Source: an uncultured Bacilli bacterium (lineage in GTDB: Bacteria; Bacillota_I; Bacilli_A; RF39; UBA660). Taken from it: a stretch of 64,000 nt of DNA. The DNA lies in contig CALVJQ010000002.1 in NCBI GenBank assembly GCA_944332265.1, positions 652-64,651 of the forward strand, in the 5' to 3' direction. The stretch's first letter is position 1. Each line of letters opens with the position of its first letter. This document shows, one piece after another, positions 1-8,967 of this stretch. Under the pieces are notes generated by a model. The model ran no database searches. It had not been told where the DNA came from and saw only the letters and a program-made list of their open reading frames with translations. The position numbers and the translations under genes are program-made.

Positions 1-1543
1 CATTTAAAATTGTACTTGGAACTTCATAAATACTTTGGTCAGTCATTCCTTGAGGAGTAATATTTTTTAATTCTGTTGTAACTTTTTTATCACCACGATC
101 ACGACCTGAGAAAACATTAAATTCATAAGTTATAGTAACAAAGTCCCCATAAAAATCACGGTGAGAATTTTTATAATATGACGTATCTTTATCCCAAATT
201 AATTCGTCTTCAATAATTACTAGAGCATTTCCCCCACTTGGAACTATGGTATCAGTGATGTTTGTACAATCATCATTTTCATCACATATTTTTTGTGTAT
301 ATTTATAGCTGGTTTTAGTATTAAAACTATTAATAGTAATTTTTGTATCTCCTAAAGTTGTATCTTTTAATGAATTTTCGATACCTAGTGATGACTCACC
401 AATAGATGATTTCTTAGTAATATTATGAGGTCTTATATTTATTTTACGATATTTAGATACTAATTTATTATTTTTAATAACTGGAGCTTCATTTAAAATA
501 CGTATTTGATAACTTGTTTTTATTTGATTTTTATTTAATTCATAGACAAATACATATTCATCAGATGATTTTGCTGGTAAAGGACTACCTTGATATGTTT
601 TAGCAATGTCAATGAAACGAGAACTACGATCATAACTCGGATATAATACTTCATCGCCAATATATAATCTAAAGTACGAGGTATCGATAGGTGTTGAAGC
701 TCCTTTGTTCTCAACGCCAATTTTAACAGCAAGATAATATTTATCCTTAGCTATTATTTTACCTTGGTAATCTGTATTAGTTATGTAACTTTCTTTAACT
801 GATACAGAAAAGTTATCTAGTATAACTGCTTGATTGGAAGCGTATGTACGATTATAAACACGATAATTTGTATATGTTGTATAACCAACTATTAAAATAA
901 GAGCAACTGCAATACATGTAAATACTAGTTTATTTTCTAATATATAATATTTTAATTCACGAATTAAATGGATAATATTTTTCTTAAGACTATTATTTTC
1001 ACTACCGACTTTTATTTCAATTTCATCTTCATCGTCACTAACTTTTAAATCGGCATTTTTATCAAAACGGAAAGTTTTTATATTAAATCCAGAGGCATTT
1101 ACGATATTAACTAACATAAAAAAATAAATCGGTAAATAAACAATAAAAGAAATATCACGGACAAGATTAGCAAATGTTGGATCTAAACTATCTCTTTCTA
1201 TACTACTCATTGATGAACCTAGTATTACCATCGCAATAAGTAAAACAATATAATATAATACACTTATACCATATATTAAGTTATTTTTTTTCCTTGTAGC
1301 AAATATAAAATAAAGAATAGCATTAGAGATAAGCATAAAGACTATCGCTACTGCAGTTAAAACTGTAACATATGTATCAGCAAAATTGGTTTCATGAGTA
1401 GTATATCCTTGAGCTATATAATCACTAAAGAAACCAGCAATATCCCCAAACTTAAGGGATAAATAAAGCATAGGAATTAATAACAATAAATTGATTATTT
1501 TATAGTATTTGACAACTATATTATAAGGATTTCTTATAATCAT
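1..1543 (-). CDS. 5'-truncated (at window edge) polytopic membrane protein with C-terminal extracytoplasmic DUF4352-like beta-rich region
   Basis: Open frame on the minus strand from the window edge to the ATG at 1541-1543, preceded by AGGAGG. My translation shows about 6 N-terminal TM helices, an acidic linker, a further TM helix, then a beta-rich domain. Not in the ORF track because it runs off the window. Confidence 0.5.
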   Translation of the reverse strand, partial: MIIRNPYNIVVKYYKIINLLLLIPMLYLSLKFGDIAGFFSDYIAQGYTTHETNFADTYVTVLTAVAIVFMLISNAILYFIFATRKKNNLIYGISVLYYIVLLIAMVILGSSMSSIERDSLDPTFANLVRDISFIVYLPIYFFMLVNIVNASGFNIKTFRFDKNADLKVSDDEDEIEIKVGSENNSLKKNIIHLIRELKYYILENKLVFTCIAVALILIVGYTTYTNYRVYNRTYASNQAVILDNFSVSVKESYITNTDYQGKIIAKDKYYLAVKIGVENKGASTPIDTSYFRLYIGDEVLYPSYDRSSRFIDIAKTYQGSPLPAKSSDEYVFVYELNKNQIKTSYQIRILNEAPVIKNNKLVSKYRKINIRPHNITKKSSIGESSLGIENSLKDTTLGDTKITINSFNTKTSYKYTQKICDENDDCTNITDTIVPSGGNALVIIEDELIWDKDTSYYKNSHRDFYGDFVTITYEFNVFSGRDRGDKKVTTELKNITPQGMTDQSIYEVPSTILN

Positions 1544-1639
1544 TTATTTCATACCTCCTATTCTTTTTTTATTATATCATATCTTGTTTAATAATTATTA
1601 ATTATTTAATTGCAAATAAAAAAGTAGAAATCTACTTTT

Positions 1640-2089
1640 TTAATTTTTCTTAACTAATAGTTGTCCAGATTGGAGATATATTGTATCGTTAGTATTTAAT
1701 AATTCTAATGGTCTTTGATTAAATTTTTGAGCTACTATATCTAAGGTATCTCCTTCTTTTGTTACATAATAACTATAATTACTTTTAGGAATTAGAATTT
1801 CTTGATTAGGATAGATATAATCTTGACTGTTTAAACCATTTAATAAAGCTAATAACTCAGGATTAATATTATATTGGCGAGCTATTTCATATAGGGTGTC
1901 TCCTTTTTTGATTGTATAGTATTCAAAGTATTGTTCTTTATTAATTGGAACTATTATTTCTTTACCTGCTCTTAGCATATCAGGAAAAGGAATATTATTT
2001 AATTCTAAAATAATATTTTCTTTAGTATGAAATTTTTCAGCAATAGTAGTTAAACTATCTCCTTGTTGTATTAGGTATTTATCGTACAT
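1640..2089 (-). CDS. LysM-repeat protein (3 LysM domains)
   Basis: Three repeats of the LysM signature (YxVKKGDTLxxIAxxY...LxxLN) in 149 aa; SD AGGAGTGA upstream. Confidence 0.75.
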   Translation of the reverse strand: MYDKYLIQQGDSLTTIAEKFHTKENIILELNNIPFPDMLRAGKEIIVPINKEQYFEYYTIKKGDTLYEIARQYNINPELLALLNGLNSQDYIYPNQEILIPKSNYSYYVTKEGDTLDIVAQKFNQRPLELLNTNDTIYLQSGQLLVKKN

Positions 2090-2115
2090 AAAATCACTCC
2101 TAATATAACATATGT

Positions 2116-3270
2116 TTATTTTTCTGTTTGGTCATTAATAAAGATTAAATTTTTATTATTTCGTTGCCATTCTTCATAAGAAATAAGTTTTGTTTCTCCA
2201 TATTTTAAATTATACTTATATAATGTATCATTTACTAAATAATATACTTCATCATTATTAACATGAATAATAGAAGATATTTTTTGATTAGATATTTTAG
2301 TTTTAATATTATAATCTAAATATGTTAAGTATAAGGTATTATTTTTTAATTCATAATGATAGTTGTTAGGATATTTAAATTGATAATCTTTAGATATAAG
2401 TTTATTTAAAGTTATTTTTTCAGAATGATTATTATTATATATAATTCCTTGTTTATTTGAAGAACCTACAATACGCATTTTTTCACGATGAGGTACTAAT
2501 TCATATTCTATTTTATTCTTACGATCAACTATATAAAGAGATTTGTCATGATATCCTAAAATATAACTATCAAATGATATATCATATTTTAATTTCCATT
2601 CTTTTAATTCAAGGGTATTCATATTTAAAATATATACTTTATTAAATGAGTGTTTTTGTTCATAATCAGGAATAACTATATATTCATTTACTCTTGAAGC
2701 TAGAGGAATATCATATATATCATTATCAAATATTTTAATAAATTCTCTAGTAGAGTTGTTAATATAGGTAAATCCTTTATAAGACCAGATGAATATTTTG
2801 TTTGCTGTATTATATAGTTGATAATTTTCATATGTATCTTCTTTTATAGTTGAATTTTCTAAATATTTAGTTATTTTTTCTTTTACTTGACCTTCAACTA
2901 AGTGAGCATCAATTAGTTTATCTTGATAACTACATAAAGGTTTGGTAGTAATGTAATCACTTTTAATAAGAAGACATGTATAATCATCTGCTTCATATTT
3001 AGTAATGTCTTTTATTAGTTTATTTTCTTTTATATATTTACTATTATAAATTAAATTATATGTTATATCGTTATATACTATTTCATAATAAAACACTTGA
3101 TTTTTATCGTCATAGTTTTCACTTATTTTATATTCATTTAAATTATATTCATAACTATAAGATTTTGTTTTAAATAAAGAAAGAATAAATAAAATTATGG
3201 CTATTAAAATAATTAGGAATAAACACATTATGATAATAGCACTTTTTTTAAGTTTGTACTTTTTCTTCAT
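2116..3270 (-). CDS. membrane-anchored hypothetical protein (N-terminal signal-anchor, Tyr/Asn-rich extracellular domain)
   Basis: 384-aa ORF with a good SD (AGGAG), a hydrophobic segment after the N-terminal K-rich stretch, and no recognisable catalytic motif. Confidence 0.5.
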   Translation of the reverse strand: MKKKYKLKKSAIIIMCLFLIILIAIILFILSLFKTKSYSYEYNLNEYKISENYDDKNQVFYYEIVYNDITYNLIYNSKYIKENKLIKDITKYEADDYTCLLIKSDYITTKPLCSYQDKLIDAHLVEGQVKEKITKYLENSTIKEDTYENYQLYNTANKIFIWSYKGFTYINNSTREFIKIFDNDIYDIPLASRVNEYIVIPDYEQKHSFNKVYILNMNTLELKEWKLKYDISFDSYILGYHDKSLYIVDRKNKIEYELVPHREKMRIVGSSNKQGIIYNNNHSEKITLNKLISKDYQFKYPNNYHYELKNNTLYLTYLDYNIKTKISNQKISSIIHVNNDEVYYLVNDTLYKYNLKYGETKLISYEEWQRNNKNLIFINDQTEK

Positions 3271-3289
3271 AATATACTCCTATAATAAA

Positions 3290-3739
3290 TTACTCTATAT
3301 CGTTTGTACGAGCAGCATATTTTTGTTTTTGTTCCATCATATTACTAGTTATAGCGTTTTCTATCTCTGGTAAACTTTTTTTATCTAAGTCGGAAAAGAA
3401 GACTCTTTCTTTTACGGTATCAATTGTAACACGACCAAATAGAAGACCACTATAAGCAGTTAAATCATTAAACATATCAGGAGTAATGGAGATTAAAGTA
3501 TATCCGGTAATAATATGATCTTGCCCTATTAATAGTCTTTTATTAGTAACTGTTAAAACTGCTGTTGAAAAGAAATCAAAGACATCTGGAGTTTTTTGAC
3601 CAGCAAAAGAATATAAAGGTTCTTCATCAGAAGCTAGATGTTCTTCAACTACTTTTGAATGTTTGCGTAAACGCCACCAAGTAATTGTTCCTGGATATTT
3701 TGCTTTAAACATACATACTTGATCATATACTTTTCCCAT
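3290..3739 (-). CDS. small cytoplasmic protein, bacterial PH (bPH_2/YdbT-like) domain candidate
   Basis: 149 aa with SD AGGTGA; the central 'TNKRLLIG' and surrounding beta-rich pattern resemble bPH_2 proteins. Family assignment is from memory. Confidence 0.4.
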   Translation of the reverse strand: MGKVYDQVCMFKAKYPGTITWWRLRKHSKVVEEHLASDEEPLYSFAGQKTPDVFDFFSTAVLTVTNKRLLIGQDHIITGYTLISITPDMFNDLTAYSGLLFGRVTIDTVKERVFFSDLDKKSLPEIENAITSNMMEQKQKYAARTNDIE

Positions 3740-3741
3740 AT

Positions 3742-4263
3742 TTACTCACCTAATCCTTCTACTATTTTATTTAATTTATCATTTGTGAATGTTGTAATAG
3801 ATAATATTTGATTATTACTTACACTTAGTATATAGTTTGTTTCTAGGGATGATAAACGTTCATCTAGTTCATAAAATGCTATAGTATTTTTTTTAGATAA
3901 TTTATTTATTTCTAAAAGATAAATTTTAGTATTTTTATAGTAAGCTATTTTATTAATCATTTCTATAAATTTATCGTGAGTATTTGTTGTATTATCTAAA
4001 ATAGCAATTGTTGTTATATCTTCATCTTTATATAATTTTTTGAATTTTTTATAACTAATTGTTGCATAATATTTTTTATTATCTTGATAATCTTCATCTG
4101 TTTCTCTAAATAATATTTCTTGAGTTATTTTATCTTCTTTATTAGCTTTATTATATATAGAGATAAAATAGATATTAGAAATAATTAATACTATTATTAT
4201 ACAGATAAATAGAATTATTACTTTGTTATTATTTGGTTTTTTGTTTTGTTTTTTTTTACTCAT
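3742..4263 (-). CDS. small membrane-anchored hypothetical protein
   Basis: The ORF track starts at GTG 4272, but AGGTGG overlaps that codon; the ATG at 4263 with a 5-nt spacer is the likely start. K-rich N-terminus followed by one TM helix. Confidence 0.45.
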   Translation of the reverse strand: MSKKKQNKKPNNNKVIILFICIIIVLIISNIYFISIYNKANKEDKITQEILFRETDEDYQDNKKYYATISYKKFKKLYKDEDITTIAILDNTTNTHDKFIEMINKIAYYKNTKIYLLEINKLSKKNTIAFYELDERLSSLETNYILSVSNNQILSITTFTNDKLNKIVEGLGE

Positions 4264-4333
4264 AAAAACCACCTGCTATATATGTTTATTTTATAATGTT
4301 TTATTTATTAATGCAATAAAAAGGAAACTATTA

Positions 4334-5632
4334 CTAGTTTCCAAAAGTTAATAATACATAAGCTATACCTATTCCAATACCACAAATTAATGATACAGCA
4401 GCGATTAGAATAGCAGCAGTGGCAAAACCTTGACTTTTTTTCTCTTCTTCGACAACTAATTTGATATCCTCTTGTTCTAATTGTTTCTTTTTTTCTTTTA
4501 GTAACTCTGGATGATCTTTAGGGTTAATTGGATATTTCTTTTGAATTAAGTCTAATTTAGTTGTTACACGAACGTTGATACTTTGAGTCGCCATTGTTCT
4601 TTCTACTTTATTTGTTTTTTCTTCTTTAGCTAATTTAGATTCTTTTTCTTTTTGTAATTTAGCAATATCTTGAATATTTTTAACAATGTCATTTTCTAAT
4701 ATAGAAGCATTTTTTAAATCTGTATTATTATAAATTATTCTAATAACAGCATCTATATATAATTTTTTAGCATCATTAATAGCTTCGCTCATTTTTCTTA
4801 TTTCAGGATAGAATCTTTCAAATAAGGTATTTATTAAAGCGGTTTTATTTACTAGTTTATTATTTAATATATATTCATTATCGCCAACTAAATTATCTTT
4901 ATCTATACTATTAGTTACAGAGATTGGGCTTAAATAAGCATCAGACCAAACTGGCTTTTTATATTCATTTTGTTTGCTAATTAAACAATAATCTAAACCA
5001 CGATATTTGCGACCAACAATATAATCGAATAGAATCATACGAAGATATTTTTTTTCAATTGCTCTTTTAACTTTAGTATCGATAGATGTACCAGTTTGAA
5101 GTTCAATTTCTTTAATTAAAGCATATAACCCTAGTTTAATAATATCTTCTATAGTATCATGACTTTTAATACCATTTCCTTTAGTATATATTGGTATTTC
5201 TAAAACATTAGTTAACCAAGTAGCATCTTTTTCAGGAATTACACCATTATTTAAATATGTTAGCATATGGTTAATAACGGTTGTAGCAGATATTCTTGTC
5301 TCAATATCTTTACTATAATTTAATAAGGTAAAGACTCCGATATTTTGATCTTCTGTTACTATTCTTTTACTTTCTTCGTGATCAACATCAAATAATTCGG
5401 CAATGTCTGATTTTATAATATCATAATCATCTATATACATTGTATCAGGGTTTAAACTATTTGATTTAAAAACACCAAATACATTATTATTTAATTGAAC
5501 TAGTTGTGAGCCATCTTTAAAGTTGTTAAAAACTTCCATCGTTATTGGTTCTTCGCGACGGATACCATTATCTAAGGATACTATATATTTTTGTTCAGGT
5601 TGAATATTTGTTTCAGAATAATTTTTCTCCAT
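4334..5632 (-). CDS. tail-anchored hypothetical protein (large cytoplasmic domain, C-terminal TM helix)
   Basis: 432-aa ORF with SD AGGAG 8 nt upstream. The only hydrophobic helix is at the extreme C-terminus (GFATAAILIAAVSLICGIGIGIAYVLL), preceded by a K/E-rich coiled segment. Confidence 0.5.
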   Translation of the reverse strand: MEKNYSETNIQPEQKYIVSLDNGIRREEPITMEVFNNFKDGSQLVQLNNNVFGVFKSNSLNPDTMYIDDYDIIKSDIAELFDVDHEESKRIVTEDQNIGVFTLLNYSKDIETRISATTVINHMLTYLNNGVIPEKDATWLTNVLEIPIYTKGNGIKSHDTIEDIIKLGLYALIKEIELQTGTSIDTKVKRAIEKKYLRMILFDYIVGRKYRGLDYCLISKQNEYKKPVWSDAYLSPISVTNSIDKDNLVGDNEYILNNKLVNKTALINTLFERFYPEIRKMSEAINDAKKLYIDAVIRIIYNNTDLKNASILENDIVKNIQDIAKLQKEKESKLAKEEKTNKVERTMATQSINVRVTTKLDLIQKKYPINPKDHPELLKEKKKQLEQEDIKLVVEEEKKSQGFATAAILIAAVSLICGIGIGIAYVLLTFGN

Positions 5633-5719
5633 AATAACTGCTCCTAGTCTATAAGAGAATTATAGCAGATATTTATTAATTTGGGTATAAAAAATGTACA
5701 TTTTGTTGATTTACTATTA

Positions 5720-5746
5720 AAAAAAGACCAATATGGTCTTTTGGTT
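5720..5746 (-). terminator. intrinsic terminator hairpin (AAGACCA-TAT-TGGTCTT) with flanking A/T runs, directly after the tRNA-like element
   Basis: Perfect 6-7 bp GC-containing stem read in the sequence, with a T-run on the minus strand after it. Confidence 0.4.
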
Positions 5747-5752
5747 GACATT

Positions 5753-5828
5753 TGGTGCCGAGAGACTGAGTTAAACAAGTCACCTTATGCAAACAAAGCA
5801 TACGTTCTAACGTTACAACTATCTCGGC
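5753..5828 (-). ncRNA. tRNA-like element, 76 nt: 7-bp acceptor stem plus encoded ACCA, perfect 5-bp anticodon stem with loop UUUGUUU (anticodon UGU); D and T arms degenerate
   Basis: Minus-strand sequence is GCCGAGA-TA-...-TATGC-TTTGTTT-GCATA-AGGTG-ACTTG-TTTAACT-CAGTC-TCTCGGC-ACCA. It is about 60% identical to the tRNA-Thr(CGU) 3 kb away and is followed 8 nt later by a terminator. Only 3 bp of the T-stem and 3 bp of the D-stem pair. Confidence 0.45.
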
Positions 5829-5968
5829 ATAAATAGTACTTTTTCAAGTACATTAATATAATACCACAAAGTTTTAAAATTATACAATTTTTTTAAATAA
5901 ATTGACACTATAATTACAAATTTATTAGAAAATGATATAATTAGATTATCTTTAGGAAGGATGTTCTT

Positions 5969-6670
5969 ATGAATCAAGAAAAATTTGGACAAGTTATTAA
6001 AGAGATAAGAAAAAAGCATAATTTAACACAAAGTCAATTAGCACAAAAATATAATGTTACTTATCAAGCTGTAAGTAAATGGGAAAATGGTTTGAATATG
6101 CCTGATACTGGATTAATAAAACAAATTAGTAAAGATTTTAATATTAGTTTAGAAGAACTATTAGATGGTGAATATAAAGAAAAGGCAGAACATCCTAAAA
6201 CATTTAAATGGTTATTACTATTAATTCCACTTATAATTTTAATTATTATAGGAATAATATTATTAGTTGTAAAACTTAACGATGATTTTAAATTTAAAAC
6301 TTTATCTTCTTCTAGTAATTTTTTTAATATATCTGGGAGTATTGCTTATAATGAAAGTAAATCTGCTATATATATTACTAATATTGAATATAGTGGAGAG
6401 GAAGATGATACTTTATATAAAGATATAGAATGTAGTTTATTTGAATCAGACAATAACGTAGATGTGAAAATAAGTTCTTTTTCTTCTAATAAAGAAAATA
6501 TTAAATTAGATGAATTTTTAAAAGAAGTTACTTTATCTGTTGATGACTATGAAAAAAATTGTGATGAATATAATGATAATAGTTTATATTTAACAATTAA
6601 TGCAACTGATAAAAATGATAAAATTACAACTTATAAAATTCCTTTAACAATGGATAGCTGTGCTACTTAA
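5969..6670 (+). CDS. membrane-anchored XRE-family (HTH_3) transcriptional regulator with extracellular C-terminal domain
   Basis: N-terminal HTH 'LTQSQLAQKYNVTYQAVSKWENG', then a TM helix (WLLLLIPLIILIIIGIILLVV), then a roughly 130-aa extracytoplasmic domain. A TTACAA-16-TATAAT promoter and an SD are upstream. Confidence 0.7.
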   Translation: MNQEKFGQVIKEIRKKHNLTQSQLAQKYNVTYQAVSKWENGLNMPDTGLIKQISKDFNISLEELLDGEYKEKAEHPKTFKWLLLLIPLIILIIIGIILLVVKLNDDFKFKTLSSSSNFFNISGSIAYNESKSAIYITNIEYSGEEDDTLYKDIECSLFESDNNVDVKISSFSSNKENIKLDEFLKEVTLSVDDYEKNCDEYNDNSLYLTINATDKNDKITTYKIPLTMDSCAT

Positions 6671-6771
6671 TTTAACTCAACTCTTAGTTGAGTTATTTTC
6701 AACTATTTCTTTATTTATTTTTATTTGTTTTTTTTGTATGATGATAGCAAGAAAGGAGAAATTATGTATTT

Positions 6772-8736
6772 ATGAAAAAGAAAAAAATATTATTGGGACT
6801 GGGAGTTTTAATTATTGTAATACTCTTAGTAATTGGAGGATTTTGGATAGGAAAAAATAAGTTAAATAAAGAAGAAGTTAATCAAGTTAAAAGTATGATT
6901 GCTTTACAAAGTGAAAAAGAAAAGGATTTTAAAATTGATGGTTATACAATTGATGAACCTAATGTTATTTTGAATCCTTATGGCAATTCGCCATTAACAG
7001 CATTAATAATGTTTGAAACTGATAAGGAGGTTGAAGTAACAGTTACTATAAAAGGTGATGATAAATTATCAACTTTTACACATACTTTTGCTAAAGAAAA
7101 AGAGCATTATTTACCTATTTATGGTTTATATGCTGATAGAAAAAATAAAGTTATAATTGAATATGAAGATGATAATCAAGAAATTAAAAAGGAAATAGAA
7201 ATTAAAACTGATAAATTACCTTCTAATATGGCTTTGCCAACGGAAGTAGATGCTAAAAAAAGTAAATTAACTAACGAATTATATTTCTTTACACCATCTA
7301 GTAGTGGGTATACTATGGCATATGATGTAAATGGTGATGTTAGATGGTATTTTACTAATTATGCATTATGGAAAATAGACAGATTAGAAAATGGAAATCT
7401 TTTAGTTAGTACGGAAAGATTAGTTAATAGTCCATATTATATGACAGGATTATATGAAATGGATTTATTAGGTAAGATATATAATGAATATAGTCTTCCT
7501 GGGGGATATCACCATGATTATTATGAAATGGAAAATGGAAATCTTTTAGTTGCAAGTGATGACTTTAATAACGAAAGTGGTACTGTAGAAGATTATATTG
7601 TTGAATTAGATAGGAAAACTGGAGAAATAGTAAAAACATTTGATTTAAAAGATGTTTTAAAGATGACAGATGGTAAAAGTGAAAACTGGTCTGATTATGA
7701 TTGGTTTCATAATAATTCAGTTTGGTATGATAAAAAAACTAATTCTATTACCTTGTCAGGTCGTCATCAAGATGCTGTTATTAATTTAGACTATGATACA
7801 GGAAAATTAAATTGGATTATTGGTGATTCAACTAATTGGAGTGAAGAATATCAAAAGTATTTCTTTACACCTGTTGGCGACGACTTTGAATGGCAATGGA
7901 GTCAACATGCGGCAATGATTACTCCAGAAGGATATGTATTTATCTTAGATAACGGTAATAATAAATCAAAAATTAAAGAAGAATATGTTGATGCTTCTAA
8001 TAGTTATACTAGAGGAGTTATGTATAAGATAGATACTGATAAAATGACAATTGAACAAGTATGGGAATATGGTAAAGAAAGAGGAAGTGAATTTTATTCT
8101 CCATACATATCTGATGTTGATTATTTAGATAAGGATCATTATATAGTTCATTCTGGTGGTATAGTATTTGTAGATGGTAAAAATTCTAATCAACCTGCGG
8201 GATTTAGTAAAGGTGCTGAATTATTATCTGATACAGTAGAAATTATTGATGATGAAGTAGTTTTTGAAATAAAATTACCAACAAATAATTATCGTGTTGA
8301 AAAAATGAGTTTATATACTGATGATAATAATTTTAAATTGGGTGAAGCAAACAGAATTGGTTCACTTGGTGAAACAAAGAAAGATGATAAAAAATTAACA
8401 TTTAATTTATTTACTAAAAAAATCGATGATACTTATAAAAAACATGATATTAGTATTGATAAAGAGGTTGATCGTTTAGTAGTTAAAGGTCAATTTAAAA
8501 GAACTGATTCAGTTAATATTGTATTATATAAAGGAATAACTGCTAATTATTATAACCTACGAGTAAGTAAAAAACCATATACTGCTTTATGTGTTGATAT
8601 TTTTACAGAAGAAGAGACTAAAAATGGAATTGTTGTTACTAAGTATATTAATAATGATGGTTTAAAAGGTAAGTATGCTGTATATATTGAAATAAATGGA
8701 ACATTATATAATACTAATGAATATGTTGAATTTTAA
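6772..8736 (+). CDS. signal-anchored beta-propeller protein, arylsulfotransferase (ASST)-like
   Basis: 654 aa with an N-terminal TM helix; repeated 'ENGNLLV' and 'GGYHHDYY' and Trp-rich propeller-like repeats recalled from the ASST family. Not verified by search. Confidence 0.45.
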   Translation: MKKKKILLGLGVLIIVILLVIGGFWIGKNKLNKEEVNQVKSMIALQSEKEKDFKIDGYTIDEPNVILNPYGNSPLTALIMFETDKEVEVTVTIKGDDKLSTFTHTFAKEKEHYLPIYGLYADRKNKVIIEYEDDNQEIKKEIEIKTDKLPSNMALPTEVDAKKSKLTNELYFFTPSSSGYTMAYDVNGDVRWYFTNYALWKIDRLENGNLLVSTERLVNSPYYMTGLYEMDLLGKIYNEYSLPGGYHHDYYEMENGNLLVASDDFNNESGTVEDYIVELDRKTGEIVKTFDLKDVLKMTDGKSENWSDYDWFHNNSVWYDKKTNSITLSGRHQDAVINLDYDTGKLNWIIGDSTNWSEEYQKYFFTPVGDDFEWQWSQHAAMITPEGYVFILDNGNNKSKIKEEYVDASNSYTRGVMYKIDTDKMTIEQVWEYGKERGSEFYSPYISDVDYLDKDHYIVHSGGIVFVDGKNSNQPAGFSKGAELLSDTVEIIDDEVVFEIKLPTNNYRVEKMSLYTDDNNFKLGEANRIGSLGETKKDDKKLTFNLFTKKIDDTYKKHDISIDKEVDRLVVKGQFKRTDSVNIVLYKGITANYYNLRVSKKPYTALCVDIFTEEETKNGIVVTKYINNDGLKGKYAVYIEINGTLYNTNEYVEF

Positions 8737-8740
8737 AAGA

Positions 8741-8811
8741 GCTTGTTAATAACTAATCAGTTATTAACAAGTTAAATAAAAAGAATAGTTTGAAAATTCA
8801 AGCTATTCTTT
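8741..8811. terminator. two hairpins (CTTGTTAATAAC/GTTATTAACAAG and GAATAGTTTG/CAAGCTATTC) followed by a T-run; bidirectional terminator for the ASST-like gene and tRNA-Thr
   Basis: Inverted repeats read directly from the sequence, with A/T runs flanking both sides. Confidence 0.5.
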
Positions 8812-8825
8812 TTTTAAATATTATA

Positions 8826-8900
8826 TGGTGCCGACTGCCGGATTTGAACCAGCGACCTACGCGTTACGAGGGCGTTGCACTACCACTGTGCTAAGTCGGC
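8826..8900 (-). tRNA. tRNA-Thr (anticodon CGU), CCA encoded
   Basis: Reverse complement folds as a cloverleaf: acceptor GCCGACT/AGTCGGC, D-arm GCAC-AGTGGTA-GTGC, anticodon loop CUCGUAA, T-arm GCTGG-TTCAAAT-CCGGC, discriminator A, then CCA. There is one C-C mismatch at 31-39. Confidence 0.85.
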
Positions 8901-8967
8901 TTATATAAATTATACACTTTTTTTTAAAATAGTGGTATACTTTTATAAATAATAGGAGTTGATTTTT

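Noticed and set aside
5753-5828. tRNA-like element as a bona fide functional tRNA-Thr(UGU).
   Set aside because: T-arm and D-arm base pairing is too poor (3 bp each), the T-loop lacks the GTTC(R)A core, and position 37 is U. It is kept as a tRNA-like ncRNA or pseudogene candidate rather than called a tRNA.
5819-6019. 66-aa minus-strand ORF in the divergent intergenic region.
   Set aside because: It overlaps the XRE gene promoter and start and the tRNA-like element, and it has no SD. The region is better explained as regulatory and ncRNA sequence.
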